NCBI GenBank assembly: GCA_051362555.1
Contig: CM120648.1
Location: 3,964,587 to 4,028,586, forward strand
DNA from: Lingula anatina
Lineage: Eukaryota > Animalia > Brachiopoda
Direction of reading: 5' to 3'
Length of the DNA stretch: 64,000 nucleotides
Below are positions 26,658 to 40,746 of the stretch, piece by piece. Below the pieces are notes generated by a model that made no database searches, was not told the DNA's origin, and saw nothing but the letters and a program-made list of their open reading frames with translations. The translations under genes and the position numbers were made by a program. Within the stretch, counting starts at the first letter, position 1; each line of letters opens with the position of its first letter.

Positions 26658-29149
26658 CATAGGAGAGCTATGCTTTCGGCCGTAGTCTCATCCGATGAAC
26701 ACCCACAGCTATATATGACACCGTAAACCCCCTTATAACTTATGAAGTTCGACATGTTTTATATTTAATAAATTTCATATCTCGAGTGTACCGCGGAAAT
26801 ATGATTTGAAATGTGTGTGGAGGGGTATATAGTTAGGTAAGGATTCATATGTAGTTCAGTCTTTTTCAGGTTGTATAGCCTATATTTTCATACGTGTTAA
26901 AAACAAGTGCTCAAATGTTATAAATTATAACTGTTCTCATTTATAAAGCCACGTGCCTCATATCCATTATAATATATGCATCAAATATTTTTATAATGAT
27001 TAATCTGGTGCATTTTAGAAGTCACAAGTACTTACATGTGTCTCTACCACACATAAAAGGAAAGCCACTTCATTTTTTGATAAATACACGAATTTTAAGC
27101 AAGAAATTAATTCATGAATAAATAACATTCACTCGACCAAATGCAAGATGGATAACGAGAATAGAGAAAAGCTTTTTAATAGTCACATGGAAGTGAGAAA
27201 AAGATAGAGCACGTAAAAAAAACGAGACTTTATCCGGCAATCAATACGGGAGAGCTGTATAATGCACAAGTTAGACAAACACTTGTACATGTATTCTGCG
27301 GCGTTTGTGTAGCGACCACACGTTTTGTCGATCGCAAAAAGCCAGCCCAGTTGTTCACGAAAAATAACTCAACAAATGTTTAAGTGTTTAAGTTACCAAA
27401 AAGAATTGCGATCAAATGATTTTTTTGATCAGCAAAATACAAAAAATACTCGAAAAATTATTACAAAAATAAAAATAACAAAATTACTTATAAAAACGGT
27501 TGCACGAATTTTTTTTTCAAAGGAATGCGGTCAAGTATTTGAAGTTATCATCAAAATAAATACTTATTAAATAAATAAATTAATTAATTAATTAATAAAT
27601 TAATAAATAAATTAATAAATAAATAAACTCAAAAACCAAAAATAAGAATTTTAATAGTTATAACAATAGTTGATATATTTTGTTTTATTCATTTTAACGA
27701 GAAGGTCGATATGACACAGCCTTCGTGGTTATTAGCCTTAATGTGAATTTTGTATCGAATGTCCTCAGTATAGAAATTATTATTGCAGATTATTGTTAGA
27801 CGTCATCAAACGTTACATCGTTTAGTCAGGTTTACAATAAACATTTTCTATGGGACATACCGGGGTCGAACGATACAGTAACATAAATAAATAACTAAAT
27901 AGATAAATAAATATACGAACAGATCAATCAATGGAAAACAAATGCTCATACAAGTTTCATGGAAACCGGAATTCTAGCTTAAGATCTCCAAAGAGAACGA
28001 GGTTCATTCGCGGAAAGGGTCCTGCCAATGTCCCTTCAGACAGCTTCTAAAGCAGTCAACAAATCTGGGCTATCCTAGCTGTGAAACCCAAATATTGAAC
28101 ATAGGTTATAGAATTAATACCCTGTTGACCGGGGTGACCGCTGTCCACGCCCCACTCAGACTGCTTGGACACAGCGTTCGTGATTGCTGAGTACTTGTGA
28201 TTATCTCTCCGATCTCTGCCAATACAGGGGTTATGTTGCCATAGGCGTTGGTTTGTTTGTTAGTGGACAACACATCTCAGAGTATTCTTCATAAACGTTC
28301 ATGAAATTTTAAGATAGATAATTGTGCAGGTAGCGGGGGGGGGGGGGGTATGGGGGAAGTAATTACAATTCTAAGTGAATCAAGGTCTCCTTTCACATTA
28401 TGAAGTTTTTTTTCTGGGCGGAGGTCTGCGTTCTTGGGGGTGTCTCTAGTTAGCTAATATTTCTAGACTACACACAAGGCAGAAGTATAAATGCAAAACC
28501 TCACTCATTGCGGACATTATTATCCAAGATTTCTCCACTTTTTAAAAATGATTTTTGACATTAAATGTATATGATGTGATATGTTTCAGCAGATGTGAAC
28601 CCCCTAGTATGGACACCTGGAGGAATGAGGGAGTTAGTGGGGTTGGGGGTGGGGGTGGGGGTTATAATAGCGACAACCGAAATACGTGCAGATGCCTACA
28701 GTTGTTGAAATCACAAAAGCCAAAACGGCTAGATATACGACAGATTATACTGAGTTGGCTGCTTGGGTAGGTCTTGGCCGAAAAAAACGATTCGGGTACA
28801 GAGTAGAAGCGGGCAGAGGGGGTGGGGCAGTTAATTATGCAGGGAGGAAGCGAAGGAGTAGAACCAGAGATTCCAACGCTTTTCTTAAGGCAGGGGCCTC
28901 TCTGGAGAGCGTGGGTGATATTGCTGATTTTATGCACAAGGTAGTTTCAAGGGGAACTTCAGGAAGAAGAGCCTTGTCTGTCTGTCTCCCCTCCCCCAAC
29001 TGAGGAGCTATTGAGAGAAAAAGCAAACAATTGGTAATTTTATGTCAAACTCAGCAAAAGATATTTCCCCTAAGTGTCATGAATTTATTAATCTAATTCA
29101 CAATTTTTGTTTGAAATATTCATTAATTATTTTCAATTATTTTTTTTCA

Positions 29150-29240
29150 TTTTTGCCTCTAGCAAGCTAACTGCTAACGTGCTTCCACTTGAGTCACAGC
29201 TTCACACTATTAATTTAATTCACTGTTTTTTTGTTTGTTT

Positions 29241-29272
<32 letters not shown>

Positions 29273-29380
29273 TCTTTTTTTTTTCAAATATTCATTTATT
29301 ATTTTCAATTGTATTTCATTTTTGCCACCGGCAAGCTAGCTGCAAACGTGCATCGCCTTGAGGGACAGCTTAACACTGCC
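29150..29380 (+). repeat. Diverged direct duplication of a roughly 60-bp core separated by a T tract
   Basis: ttttgcctctagcaagctaactgctaacgtgc...cagcttcacact versus ttttgccaccggcaagctagctgcaaacgtgc...cagcttaacact. Confidence 0.7.
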
Positions 29381-29871
29381 AGCTATATTTACTGACCTAA
29401 CTATAAATATATGAGTAAGTAGAGCATGTTGCTCTCTCGATGTCACCTTGTTGAAAGGTGGAAAAACCGCAAGTCATGGTTTACAGTGTCATCATACATT
29501 TATAGCGCTCGCGCAGCGTTAAATGGATAATTAAACAACTGCGAAGCAATCGCTGGAAATGTCATATAAAGACATTGTCATATAAAGATAGTAATTAAGA
29601 ATGAAAAAGATGATTAATTAATCTAATGAAATAGAATATCATGTACAGTACCAATGAAGGGGGGATAAATGCCATATTCTCCAAGCAAAATAAAATGAAC
29701 TTGAAATTCCAGTTAGCAATTCCCCTAAAAAAATCCATAAAATCCGGCATGTCACCTAAACATTGCTGAGTGTCCATAACAAAAAAAAAACTATTCTGTT
29801 AGTTACATCTGTATTAACAGTATTACATAAAAATTGGATAAGAAAGCAATACCACACGATCTTCATCTTAC

Positions 29872-29921
29872 CCTTTAAAAAGGCATCCCTTTTCGGGGAC
29901 TTCCTCTGAAGCGGGCGGCAT
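29872..29921 (-). CDS. Predicted variable first coding exon of the RTP-like gene (MPPASEEVPEKGCLFKG)
   Basis: ATG followed by 16 open codons and a strong phase-2 donor GG|GTAAGA; CpG-rich promoter-like region upstream at 30.0-30.7 kb. Confidence 0.5.
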
Positions 29922-31441
29922 GTGAACGTTACAACTGAATCTGTCACCAAGAACGTCTCCGCTGCAAACCGCGTGGCACAAAACTGAAACCTTGATGAAT
30001 CACCGAACTGTTCTAGATGGCGTATCAGGCCCAAACTGAACCCGACCAAAATCGGTGACGTGTTTTAAAGGCAAAGCATGAACTTATGCAGCTGGAAGCC
30101 TGGATAATGCCCTTTTCAAACGAGCTGTAACGATTAGATCCGTTGATATACAGTTCTCAAGGAACTAATCGAAGTTGGTGAGTTCAAGTTGCGAGTGTCA
30201 AGCGTCAGGAGTGTAGCACGCGCAGTGACGTGCCGAAAGAGCACCGCCGTGACACAGCGCTAGAATCAACAAATGTCAACATAACCTCCCCAGGGCCAAT
30301 TCCTGTTGTTCTCCCTGGCCCCTGTCCGAAATCCAGGCAATGTGTTTAACCTGTATACAATCGCCACTAAGCGACGGTGTATCGACAGAATAGCGTATTG
30401 CTTATTGTCGTTGATGTGGCTTTGTTATCCAACTATTGGAAGGGTCATCCACCTAGAGCAACAGCAACACTGCCGAAACGAAACCTCCCCCGCTCTCTCG
30501 TGTGAACAGAGATTATCATCGATAAGTAATACTTATTCCGGGCCCTGAGTTTTTCCCAGATGGCCCAGATGACAGCGCGACGGACGTTTGCCACAATAGC
30601 AACGCTTTAAATAGACCGGGAGACAAATAAACGGGTTAATATGTAGGACGCTATGAAATGTTTTTGCGAGACGTTGCGAAAGCGCTGTCAACACAGTTAG
30701 TAGGTATTGCGAAATGGACAAATTGGCTTTTTTGTGTTTTCGTTTTAGTTTACTGTGTTTGAATTCATCGGAAGTTCTGTGCTTTATTTGCTTGTGGTGT
30801 AAACGTATATACTATATCAAAGGTGTTTGGGTTTGTTAAGACAGTTTTAAAAACATAATAGGCGTGGAAACGGTTGTCAATGTTAATGTTTATAACATTG
30901 AATATAATGGCATAAGTAAAGATAAGTCTTGCCGATATAACTCGAGAATACACTATCTAGAGGTGACTGATCGTCGTCGGTTATTCAAACAGATGTACCA
31001 CAAAAGAGTGCTTCTGCACTAAAAATGTCTTTCATAACAGCAACTATAATTGTCTCGTTGAAGCAAGAATCTGATGTGAAACATGACGCCTGTTTGCCAT
31101 ATAGGAGAATCTCATCGAGAATGTGATACTTTTTTTTACCGACAAGTATCCAGGCCTTGGGGGGGGGGGGGGGGGGGGGGAGGGGGAGGGGGGAGGAGTC
31201 CCATCCTTTAGCCTTCTTTTACGTGTTTTGCGTGTAGTTTTTCTGAAAATGTTGAAATGTTATAAACAGTCAAGACAGATATTTTTATCTGGAATAACTT
31301 GGATAAACTGTGTCAATAAAAGCGGATGCAGTTGCGTTATCAAAGATAGTTTTAGTTAGGAAAAACGGTTTAACCTTGGCCTACGTTCAATGTGTTTGTA
31401 TGTGTGTTCAGTGGGGAAAGGGGAGAGTGATAAAAATAGAC

Positions 31442-31493
<52 letters not shown>

Positions 31494-33616
31494 AATTGCT
31501 AGTTTTTTATTCTTAAAATCCATTTGTGAAATAATGATAAACCGATAGCAGCACGGAGGACAATAACGTCGATGGTTAAAACGTCCACGCGGTTAGGTTC
31601 GCTCCATCCATCGCTCGACCGCTTTTAAGTGTTTGTAAGGACTCTGTTTACTAAGTGGGACCATGTATAGGGCGAGGTGCACATACCCCCCAGTAACTCC
31701 ATGACAGTGTATGAGAGATTAATAGAAGTCAAACACGCACTAATACTTTATTAACCGCTCGATGCTCTAAGTGGAGTGCGTGCGTCCCTTAGTTTATTTT
31801 ACCTGTTTGACATTGCGATTATCAAGCAGCCGCGCTTCGTATTTCAACAATACCTTAGGTTCTATTTTTGTGTGCTGACGGGTATTCTGGACGGGTGTGT
31901 TTACCCAGAGGTGTGTATCACGCGATTTACGGCAATAGAATGAATATGACAGAGGGTTAAGAAAGGAGGACGGACTTTTCCCATCACTTCATTTTGTGAG
32001 GTACACGTTAAAATTCCAAGAGCGAATATCTGAATGGAGCAATCAGGTAGTTGGAAAGGGAGTGGGTCGCTTTGGTAAAGTTTGAAGGGGTAAAGTTTGA
32101 AGACCCTTTTACTCTTTCTTATAAACAACAGGAATTTAAACCAACATTTCGACCATTTATTTAACGTTTAATGAATAACTATATTTTTCTTGTCATTTTC
32201 AAGTTAATTAACGGTCTCTCAGCTCTTAAAAAAATAAAACAACAAGATCCACATGGCATTTTGTCGCATTTTTCTGTTATTTCGAGATAATTTCCCTCCT
32301 CCTGCGGAAGTAACACAAGGGGGCGTATTGGTATGAGGATGACAAATTTGTCAGAGCGGGAGTTAGTTTTAAAAATAGCTACCAGATGGCGATGACTGCT
32401 GGCGGGACGTCTGCGGTGAGACTGCGGTCAGGAAAATGCCTGTTTTGTGGTTTTCATTTGAAAATATCATTTTTAATACATGTAATTAAAGATAAGGGAT
32501 TACGCGCCTTCCTTTCATAGTATGACATATCCCATACTTCTACTTTTTTCTTCAGTTCATTACTCCTTACTTTCTTACTTATAAACATTTCAATTAGTTT
32601 ACTAATTCGTGCATCTTTCTATCTACCTATCTTTTATTTTGTCTGTATGTCTGTCTACTTATTATTACCTCCCAGCACCTACCTTCTTATCTATTGTTAA
32701 TTTATTTATTCACTGACTTAAGTGAAGGTTAAGTAGGAGGAGAACCACACAGCAAGTTCTACATGAGTAGATTGAATTAAAGAGAATACACTGCGTCGGT
32801 ACATATCCGATGTATCCACGATTAGATTTTAAAAATGTCATTAGTTTTCAATTTTTTTTACAAAACAAACCCATACTCAGCTTTTTCAAACAAATTGATA
32901 TAGAACATCTCGGGAGCTGCTTTTGTATTTTATCGACTACAAATTACAAGCAATGGCCGCAAATGAGTTTCGATATTTGATTATGTCGGACGGACGGACG
33001 GACGGACGGACGAAATAAATAAATAAATAAATAAATAAATAAAATAAATTCATTAAAATATACCGAACTTCAGATTTATAACATCAAAATCATCCGAAGT
33101 CACTTTATCCCATTTCACATAATAGCACTCCAAGTGCGGCATTCAATACGAAAACCATGCTCCAAACTGAAATCTGTAAAAAAGTTATTTTTCGTTTTTC
33201 TGCACACCCCCTTATTACTATATCAATTGACAATTTTCCAAGAGATCGCAAAACATCTAATTCCACCGTTGCGCTGATGAACTAACATTTTTTCAGTAAA
33301 CGCCAAACGGATCTTGCGCAAGTTAATGAATTAATGAAGTGTGTCAGCGAAAACCACATAAAAAGCATTCGTGATCAGTGACATTCCGTTGAAATATTTT
33401 TGCCATTATATTGTGTCTCAAAAATTAGAACCGGAAGTCCTGCTTTTTGAAATACCAACTCAACAGGATAACATTGCATTGGGGAAAACTGACCACGAGT
33501 AATGATTTGAAAAGTTATCAAAGTAAAAAAAAAAAAAAAACACAACAATAAAGGCGGATGCACTAAGTTGCCTTACAAAAATGACTAAATGTATCGAGGT
33601 GCTATGTTTATATATA

Positions 33617-33681
<65 letters not shown>

Positions 33682-34404
33682 TGTTCACATTCCATATAAT
33701 TTTTTTTCTCCAGACAGTGTAGCGAGAAAAGACCTGACATCATTACGTACAGGTCGAGGCGTGACGTCACTTTAAATCGACCACCTAACATCTTATAGGT
33801 ACGTTCGTTCGCTCGTTCGTGAGAGAGAGAGAGAGAGAGAGAGGAGCAAAAGAGACTGTCTGACAAGCCTTTCTTTGCCAGTGAATTCCTTAGAGCGGAT
33901 TGGAATATCATATCAATAGGTAGCTCTTTGCGAACGCATGTGCGCGGTATGTAAACCCGTACACGGGAAAGATGTAAAAAGTACACAGGCAATGTGAACT
34001 CACAGATGCAAGATTTTATCCGGGGGGGGTGGGGGTTGGGGGGGGGGACGTGTCGAAAACATAAGGGTAAAACAAGTTAAGATAAATTAAAGCGGGGTGC
34101 CTGGGGTAAAAGTATATATATATGAATATGCCTGTAAGAACCTCGGACATACATGGAACCTCGGATATTAAAGCAAGCGCGTCTGCAAAAAAATAAATAA
34201 ATTAAGGATGGATATATACTGTAGTTAGAACTAAATTTCTGAAGATTCTACGACATCCAGCTAAGATAACATGTATTACTATTAAATAATAATTTTTACT
34301 TTATACTCACACCGAAATGTTATATACATGTATATGATCTATCGACGTCCAAGGATCATCAACAGCATATATTTATATCTGCTTAGGTGGGCTTACAAGT
34401 TACG

Positions 34405-34575
34405 CAGGCCCGTAGCCAGGGGGGGGGGTTCGGGGGGTTCGAAAGAACCACCCCTTTTGCTGGGAAAAGGTACACTCTGGATAAAATTTGATCAAGGTAC
34501 ATGAAATTTCTGTGGAAAAAGGTCCACTTTTTCAGAAAAAGAACCCCCCTTTTGAAATTGCTGGCTACAGGCCTG
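34405..34575 (+). mobile_element. MITE with CAGGCCCGTAGCCAG termini, 5-bp TSD TTACG
   Basis: TIRs caggcccgtagccag / ctggctacaggcctg; ttacg on both flanks; decayed inverted relative at about 39160-39326. Confidence 0.85.
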
Positions 34576-37324
34576 TTACGTATATGCCTATAATCGAACA
34601 ACTACTATACTACTAGTATATCTTATGCATGTACCCTGGTTGTGGTTAGCTTTAAGGGGCATCGGGGATAAAATGCATTTGGGAGGGGGTACCCTCTTCC
34701 AGGGCCGCAGTTATTATTCTGTGGACATTTTTGCTGAGGCGACAGTACAGAGATTAGCTATCTATTAAACCAGAGACTATCTCTTAATATCTAGTGAAAA
34801 TCAATCTGTGGTCCTTGTAGAGGGTGAGGGGGGGGGAGGAGTAAAGAATGATTGGGAAGGAGTGGGATGAAGTAATTGGACTCTGAGTATTATTGGTTAC
34901 TGTATTAAAATCCCGATTTTGGTGCTGTGTTGCCTGCCATTAAGATCAGAAGTGCGGCAGGGTGGGGACAAGTGATCGCTGATGAATTATTTATATACAC
35001 GTGTAACTCAAGTTGTTAGGATAATAATATACTAATCATATAACGATTCCTACCTTTCGAACATTTTGCAGCCTTTTGTTGCACGGCCAAGCAAGGGACG
35101 ATCCTGTCAAAGCTTCATATGTGTATTTCCTAGTAATGCATCTGTTAATATTTGATAGACCTACTGGATTTCAATGTGCTCACTAATATATAAGTCAACA
35201 TAAGGTTGCGTACATATAAATAACCACTCGTGTTTTAGGGGTCCCGCTAACGCTCAGTGTCTCGGGATTTTTGATTGGCCGGGTCAGTATATATCTGTTG
35301 GTTGCAGGCAAAATATTTTCCATATTTGTTTGGGGTATTCAAATTAGAATCTGTTTAATTTTCGAGACGAGGGTATGGATTTTTGGTCAGAACTGACGCT
35401 CATGACTTGTGTATTTCAATCGTTGTTTGTAACTGTTATGACAACTGCTAATACAGGGTCCTGAGAGAACATCTCCCTCAGATTCTTCAGCGCTAAAAAT
35501 GATTGATTGCACTGAGCACAACGAATACCCCCTCTCAACCAACCCCGCTATCACCTATTTTTCATTTTGTTATTCGTGAAAGAAATCCACAGCTTTCGTA
35601 GATGTACAGTTGTATATGACATTGTTCTTGTAAATGTTAATTCTTAGACTAATAGCAACAGCCTCGATTCTCGTCAATGGCCGTGCCGAATGCGACCTTC
35701 ATTCATTTCACACGTTGGATTGTTTACTAGGCATATCCAAAACGAACTCGGAATTGTAAAGAAATCGATTACAATCGAGCCAGCTTAATTCCAGAGACAA
35801 ACACTTGCACGGTGTCGTATCAAAGACATGTTGTGGTAACCTCGGATTTTTGCTTTGGTGAGGGGCCCAGGGTCGAAGTATCGTGAAATATCGCGTGACT
35901 TTGGATCAATAATCTGTCCTCAAGGTTATTGTTCGTGCATAATGACCACATTTTACTGGTTACTGCGCTTTTGGTAATAAAAGAATCGAATGTGTTTATT
36001 TAGGTGCTTTCTTCAAAAGGATTGGTCTATTTCCGTTCGCTTTGTTGATCGGTTTGTTTTGAAAGGGTTTATTTTAATATCTATATTATTTTCGGACGTT
36101 ACACATGCTTTCTCCAGTTCTTTGCATATTTTCACTATACATTACTGCTCATGTTTGACCCCACGGGGGGTAGAGCCCCACGTGGAGTAGAACTCTTTTA
36201 ATTCTTTATTTTCATATTTCAGAAAGAGCTGAAAAATGGTATAGGCGAATGCTAGATCGCGCAGGCATGGTGTATGTATGTATGTATGTATGTACAGTAT
36301 GTATGTATGTATGTATGTACTAGTATGTATGCACGATGTTACCTTGCGTTCACTGTTCTATCCTATTCATTTTTATTTCTTTTTTCCTTCCTTCTTTCTT
36401 TCTTTTCAAACATTACAAAACAAGTGTTTATGTAATGCACACACTTCTATGCAGCCTACCGGTACAGGTACATGTAATACTCTGCGTCATCAGACAACGT
36501 GGATTTTCGTACTGGTACAGTGCGTTACAAACTGCTGAATTTACATGTATCTTTTACATTTATCACATTTTAGATAATATCATTTTACCATTCAAAAGTG
36601 CTCCGAGTTTCAGCTCCCTGCAGACGATTTCCGTAAGTGGGGAATTGGAGGGGGCGGGGTGCAGTTTTCTGAAAAGGGATTGCAGGTTGATTGCAAATAA
36701 AAAGTCACCACCCAGGGGGCCTTTAGTTCACTGCGGTGTAAATGGAAGCGTGATATACTATGGAGTATTATGAGCGCTGTCGTCAACGGTGAACTATCAC
36801 CGCCTGTCGCAGTAAGGTGTTGGTTTGATAAGGTCAGGTTGACCTAAATCCACCTGTGAGGAATGTTTATTGTTTATCGATAGTGCACGCGCCCTGACTG
36901 GGTAGGAAATAAAGATCGGGTTTCGACAAACGGAACGGGTGATCTTCAATGATTCCATGATATATTAGGAAATTACTGAGACAATGAAGCATTCTGGCTG
37001 GATGATATATATTTATACATTCACATGTCATGTTAATAAATAAATAGATACTACAAATACTGATCTCGAACAGCAGCTACTACTCCCTGTCTATACTGCT
37101 AGAAATCGGCCCGACCAACCATCTTCGTCACCACAGAACCCCACGGAGTGACACCCTGGGGGTGACCAACAACACCAAGTTGACATCCCAACCCCAAGGG
37201 TGACTTTCATATCTACTAACAGCGTCACACAGAGATATTTATTTCGTTAGCTATTCGCAGATAGGACCAGTTCTCTGGCTAATTCTTTGCACATCTCTGT
37301 CCAGCGAGAATTGTTGCTGGGAAG

Positions 37325-37343
37325 TGACGTCAGAAATGACGTC
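37325..37343. promoter_or_regulatory. Tandem pair of full CRE palindromes (TGACGTCA-gaa-aTGACGTCA)
   Basis: Two perfect TGACGTCA about 470 bp into the intron after the 38-kb exon; single copies also at 33762 and 51557. Confidence 0.45.
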
Positions 37344-37806
37344 ATCACCTAGCTTGCCTCCGGTAGAGAGTTGTTTTCGACGGACTAACAACGCATTGTA
37401 TTAAATACAAGGAAGAAAATACAGATTACAACAGGCGGCATATTCTTATTAAGTCCAGTAGGTATTTTAAAAGAGTTGCATTAAACAGGTTGTTCGGCAC
37501 AAAAGCCTCAGAATACGTTGCTAACATTTCGGTTAGGGTATGATAAGCGTTTGGAGATTTGTATTTCTCCATTATGGCATGAATTGTGAACCACGTTTAA
37601 AACAAAATAATTATCAAGCTCGCACACAAATATTACGTAATTTACACAAAAAAAAATCATGCCGCAAAATAAAAATGTAGTAAATGAACAGATAAATATA
37701 TAAGCCAACAGGACAATCACAATGGAATATTAAGAAAACTCTATCTGCATTAAATATTAACCCAGTGCACACCTACATGTGGATATCAGCAAACGGTTCT
37801 ACTCAC

Positions 37807-38173
37807 GCTTGTGACGGCGATACCAGCTTCATCCCGGGTTGGTCAGCGGGCATCGGGGTGGTCGAGATGCCACCCACGGGGGCAGTTCCTGTGTACGAGA
37901 CCTCCGTCACAACGGGACAGGTCTTCACTTCATACCCAGAGGCAGTAGCCGTTGTTGCCACGGCAACGGGCGTTGTAATACCCCTGGGGCTAAGCTGAGC
38001 CTGAGACAACGATGGACTGGGTGGCATATGAACCATGACGTTGGGGGTGACGGACGTGCCGCAAACCTCGGGAAGTCGAGAAGTTTCCCGCGGGTCGCGG
38101 TGGTCGGGTTTTACGTGACTGTCGCAACTTTCGGACGACGCTGGCGTCGAGGGCTTGCTGCACGTGCTGGGTG
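37807..38173 (-). CDS. Predicted hybrid first/internal exon of the RTP-like gene (own ATG at 38036; internal acceptor at 38174/38173)
   Basis: GC-rich, S/T/P-rich open frame. TATAA at 38289-38293. Phase-2 donor GC|GTGAGT is in frame with the acceptor at 14212. The frame stays open 60 codons upstream of the ATG and contains ctgac...gcctcctcag| (branch point plus phase-1 acceptor). Confidence 0.7.
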
Positions 38174-40468
38174 CTGAGGAGGCGTTGGCCGTGTCAGTCG
38201 AACAGGTCGTGTCGATTCACGGATGTGTCACTTTCACTCTGCTCTTTAAGCACCTCGCGTTCTCAGCACGCCGATATGAAGTCACCTCTTATAATAGACC
38301 CGCTCTGTATGCTCTGCTTTGAAACCCGGAAGTTATAGCGTATGCCAAGTTCTATCCTAGGAGATCGAAAAAAAATAGGACGTGATTAAAATCAGTACGT
38401 ATAAGGCACTGCTGTGGTATGCGTGGTATGTATAAACACATCTCTTGAAAAAATTTGAGTATCAGCAGTATCATTTATATTTATTGCGCCAATTTAACCC
38501 AAAATAATGCACTTTGCATTATTTCCTCTTATATACTGGAAGGCCCTATAAACTGTTCCTCGTAACAATCTATGGATATTAATATAAAAATCATATACTT
38601 GGATAACTACTTAAGCAGTCTTGGCCTTTATCAGTACAATGAACAATACGTTCCATTACAATTTAAAATGAGAGATGCCGCTTTCGTTATTTTGGCGCGA
38701 ATAAAATGTAGGCAGCTAATTTTCGGGGAGTCTGGCGTATTTCCACTGCTGGTCCGCCACTTCTCTTCCGACTAAGAATAAGTTGTAAGAATACTTTTTT
38801 GGTCAGAATAATAACAAGGGAGAATTTTCACATGTTTTCTTAACAGTTTGCGCAAAATGTTGCCGTTTTGTTTTTTCACCTCGGACAATAGGCCTAGCTA
38901 TTATCATAATAAAACTTAACACAGCACCCCTAATGCAACCAAAGAAAAACCTGACGTTCTTGTCAGTGCCCCTGTGCTCTCTACCAGGGTCAGAGGGATT
39001 TTTCACTAGATATTCACAAATATTTATCTGGCTTTTTCACTGCACATTTCTGAACCAGTGAGAAAATTCGCACAGAACTAACCCAACAGGCCTCTGCTGG
39101 AGAGTATAGCGCCCCTTGGTTTATTAGGGGAAATTGTAAGTAACAGGCTAGTGTTTTTGAGGAGCAATTTCGAAAGGAGGTTTCTTTTACTGAAAAAGTG
39201 AACCTTTTACCATGAAATTTTCGTGCACCTAGATGAAAATTTTACCCAGAGGGGACCTTTTTCCGGCAAAAATGGAGGGGGGGGGGGGTCTTTCGATTCC
39301 CCAGAACAACCCTTGCTACGGGCATGTCGGTTCATTAGATTTGGATGTAAAGATTGTGGCAGTGGTGTTGGTTAGAATCGAAAAAAGAGCTAGGGACATT
39401 TGAGGAAAATATTTCGTGGCCATTGACTCTGTCTGAACCTAACTTAAAGTTGACCCTTTACAAAATTGAAAAGTGGAACCCTAGGCCTGCCCTTTAGGAT
39501 ACAGACATGTGTGGTTACAAATAGGTCCGACAGGTTAAAAGGAAGATGTACGAGAGCTCAGTCTGATGTGCTGTCTCCGTAAGCCAATTTCCAAGACTAG
39601 AGTAATTGGCGAAATTATTCAACAGGTTAAATGTCATTGAGAAATAAAGGTAAAGTACTGTAAATAGATAGGTACTAAGACATCGAAGATTGCAGATTTT
39701 TAACAAAGAAATGCAAGATGGAAGAGTTTTACCAATTTTCGCCTTAACAATAGGTAATGTTCGACTAAAATAGAAAGATGGTTTATCAGTTATAGAACTA
39801 ACTATACAAATATTCCCCTTAGGCACCATAAAATGACTATTAACGTATTTCATACTGTTAAAACTGATGCTCATTCACGACTCAAAACTGTGATAAAATC
39901 TCCATTAGCATTATAAACATATATTTTGACACCGTGCGTGTAGAATCTACTTTCAAGTATTCATTTACCAAAGGAACATTAACAATGATCTATGTAACAG
40001 CAATAGATGTTTATGCAAAACAACAAGGGCCTACGTGCACCATTTTTGATTTTAAAAATATGCCTAGCATGCATTAGAGGAAAAATCTATAAGACAGTTA
40101 CAGGGGCACATATCCATGATATAACACGCCGTGCGACAGTTCCGTTTATAAAATAAATCTGATATGTAGGGCCCTATATCTTAATATCTTTATTTTCTAT
40201 TTATAAAATTACTTATTTTGGTCTGGACCTAACAGAAGCTACGAAAAATCAGGAGATTAAGAATGATAATAAAGAAGGTTATAGAACTATTAAACCACTT
40301 ATAGAACATGGTCCTATAGAAAAACTTCGCTGCGTTGCTGACAACAACTGAAATGTCTTTTTATTCCTCTGCAACATCTACGTGTGCAAATATACATAAA
40401 AATAACATCCCCGCAGCCATTTGGTATACTGAAAAATCTATCGTATCGGTGTCAGTGATAAATGTGTA

Positions 40469-40746
40469 AGGGCTCATTCCCAATGGAACTATCGATATAC
40501 TTAGATCGATCCAACCCTGTGGGGACTCTCGCTGAATGCAATCAGATAAGCATATTTTAATATGTTAAAACACGCCTCCTCTTCGCGTTGAGAAGAATAC
40601 TGAAAAGTTGCAGGTTATAGGAGTATGTTGGAAACAAATGGAAACGCGTTAGTCTGTTTTAACATTAAAATATGACTGCATTTGGCGAGAGTCGCCGCGA
40701 ATATGGATTAATCTACGTAAAACTATAGCCCTTTGCGAATGAACCC
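40469..40746. mobile_element. Palindromic MITE with GGG(C/T)(T/G)CATTCCCA-type termini, possibly PIF/Harbinger-derived
   Basis: taa-gggctcattccc...gactctcgctgaatgca mirrored by tgcatttggcgagagtc...gaatgaacccc; relatives at 17158, 53409 and 62191. Superfamily inferred from GGG termini and TAA/TTA flanks. Confidence 0.7.

Noticed and set aside
28660-29010. GC-richer block with a good - strand acceptor near 29008 and overlapping ORFs
   Set aside because: All three frames from the acceptor stop before a donor of compatible phase; no recognisable protein.
33581-33992. ORFs with YIYIYI, ERERER, HTHTHT or FFFF runs, here and across the window
   Set aside because: Translations of microsatellites and homopolymers, not genes.
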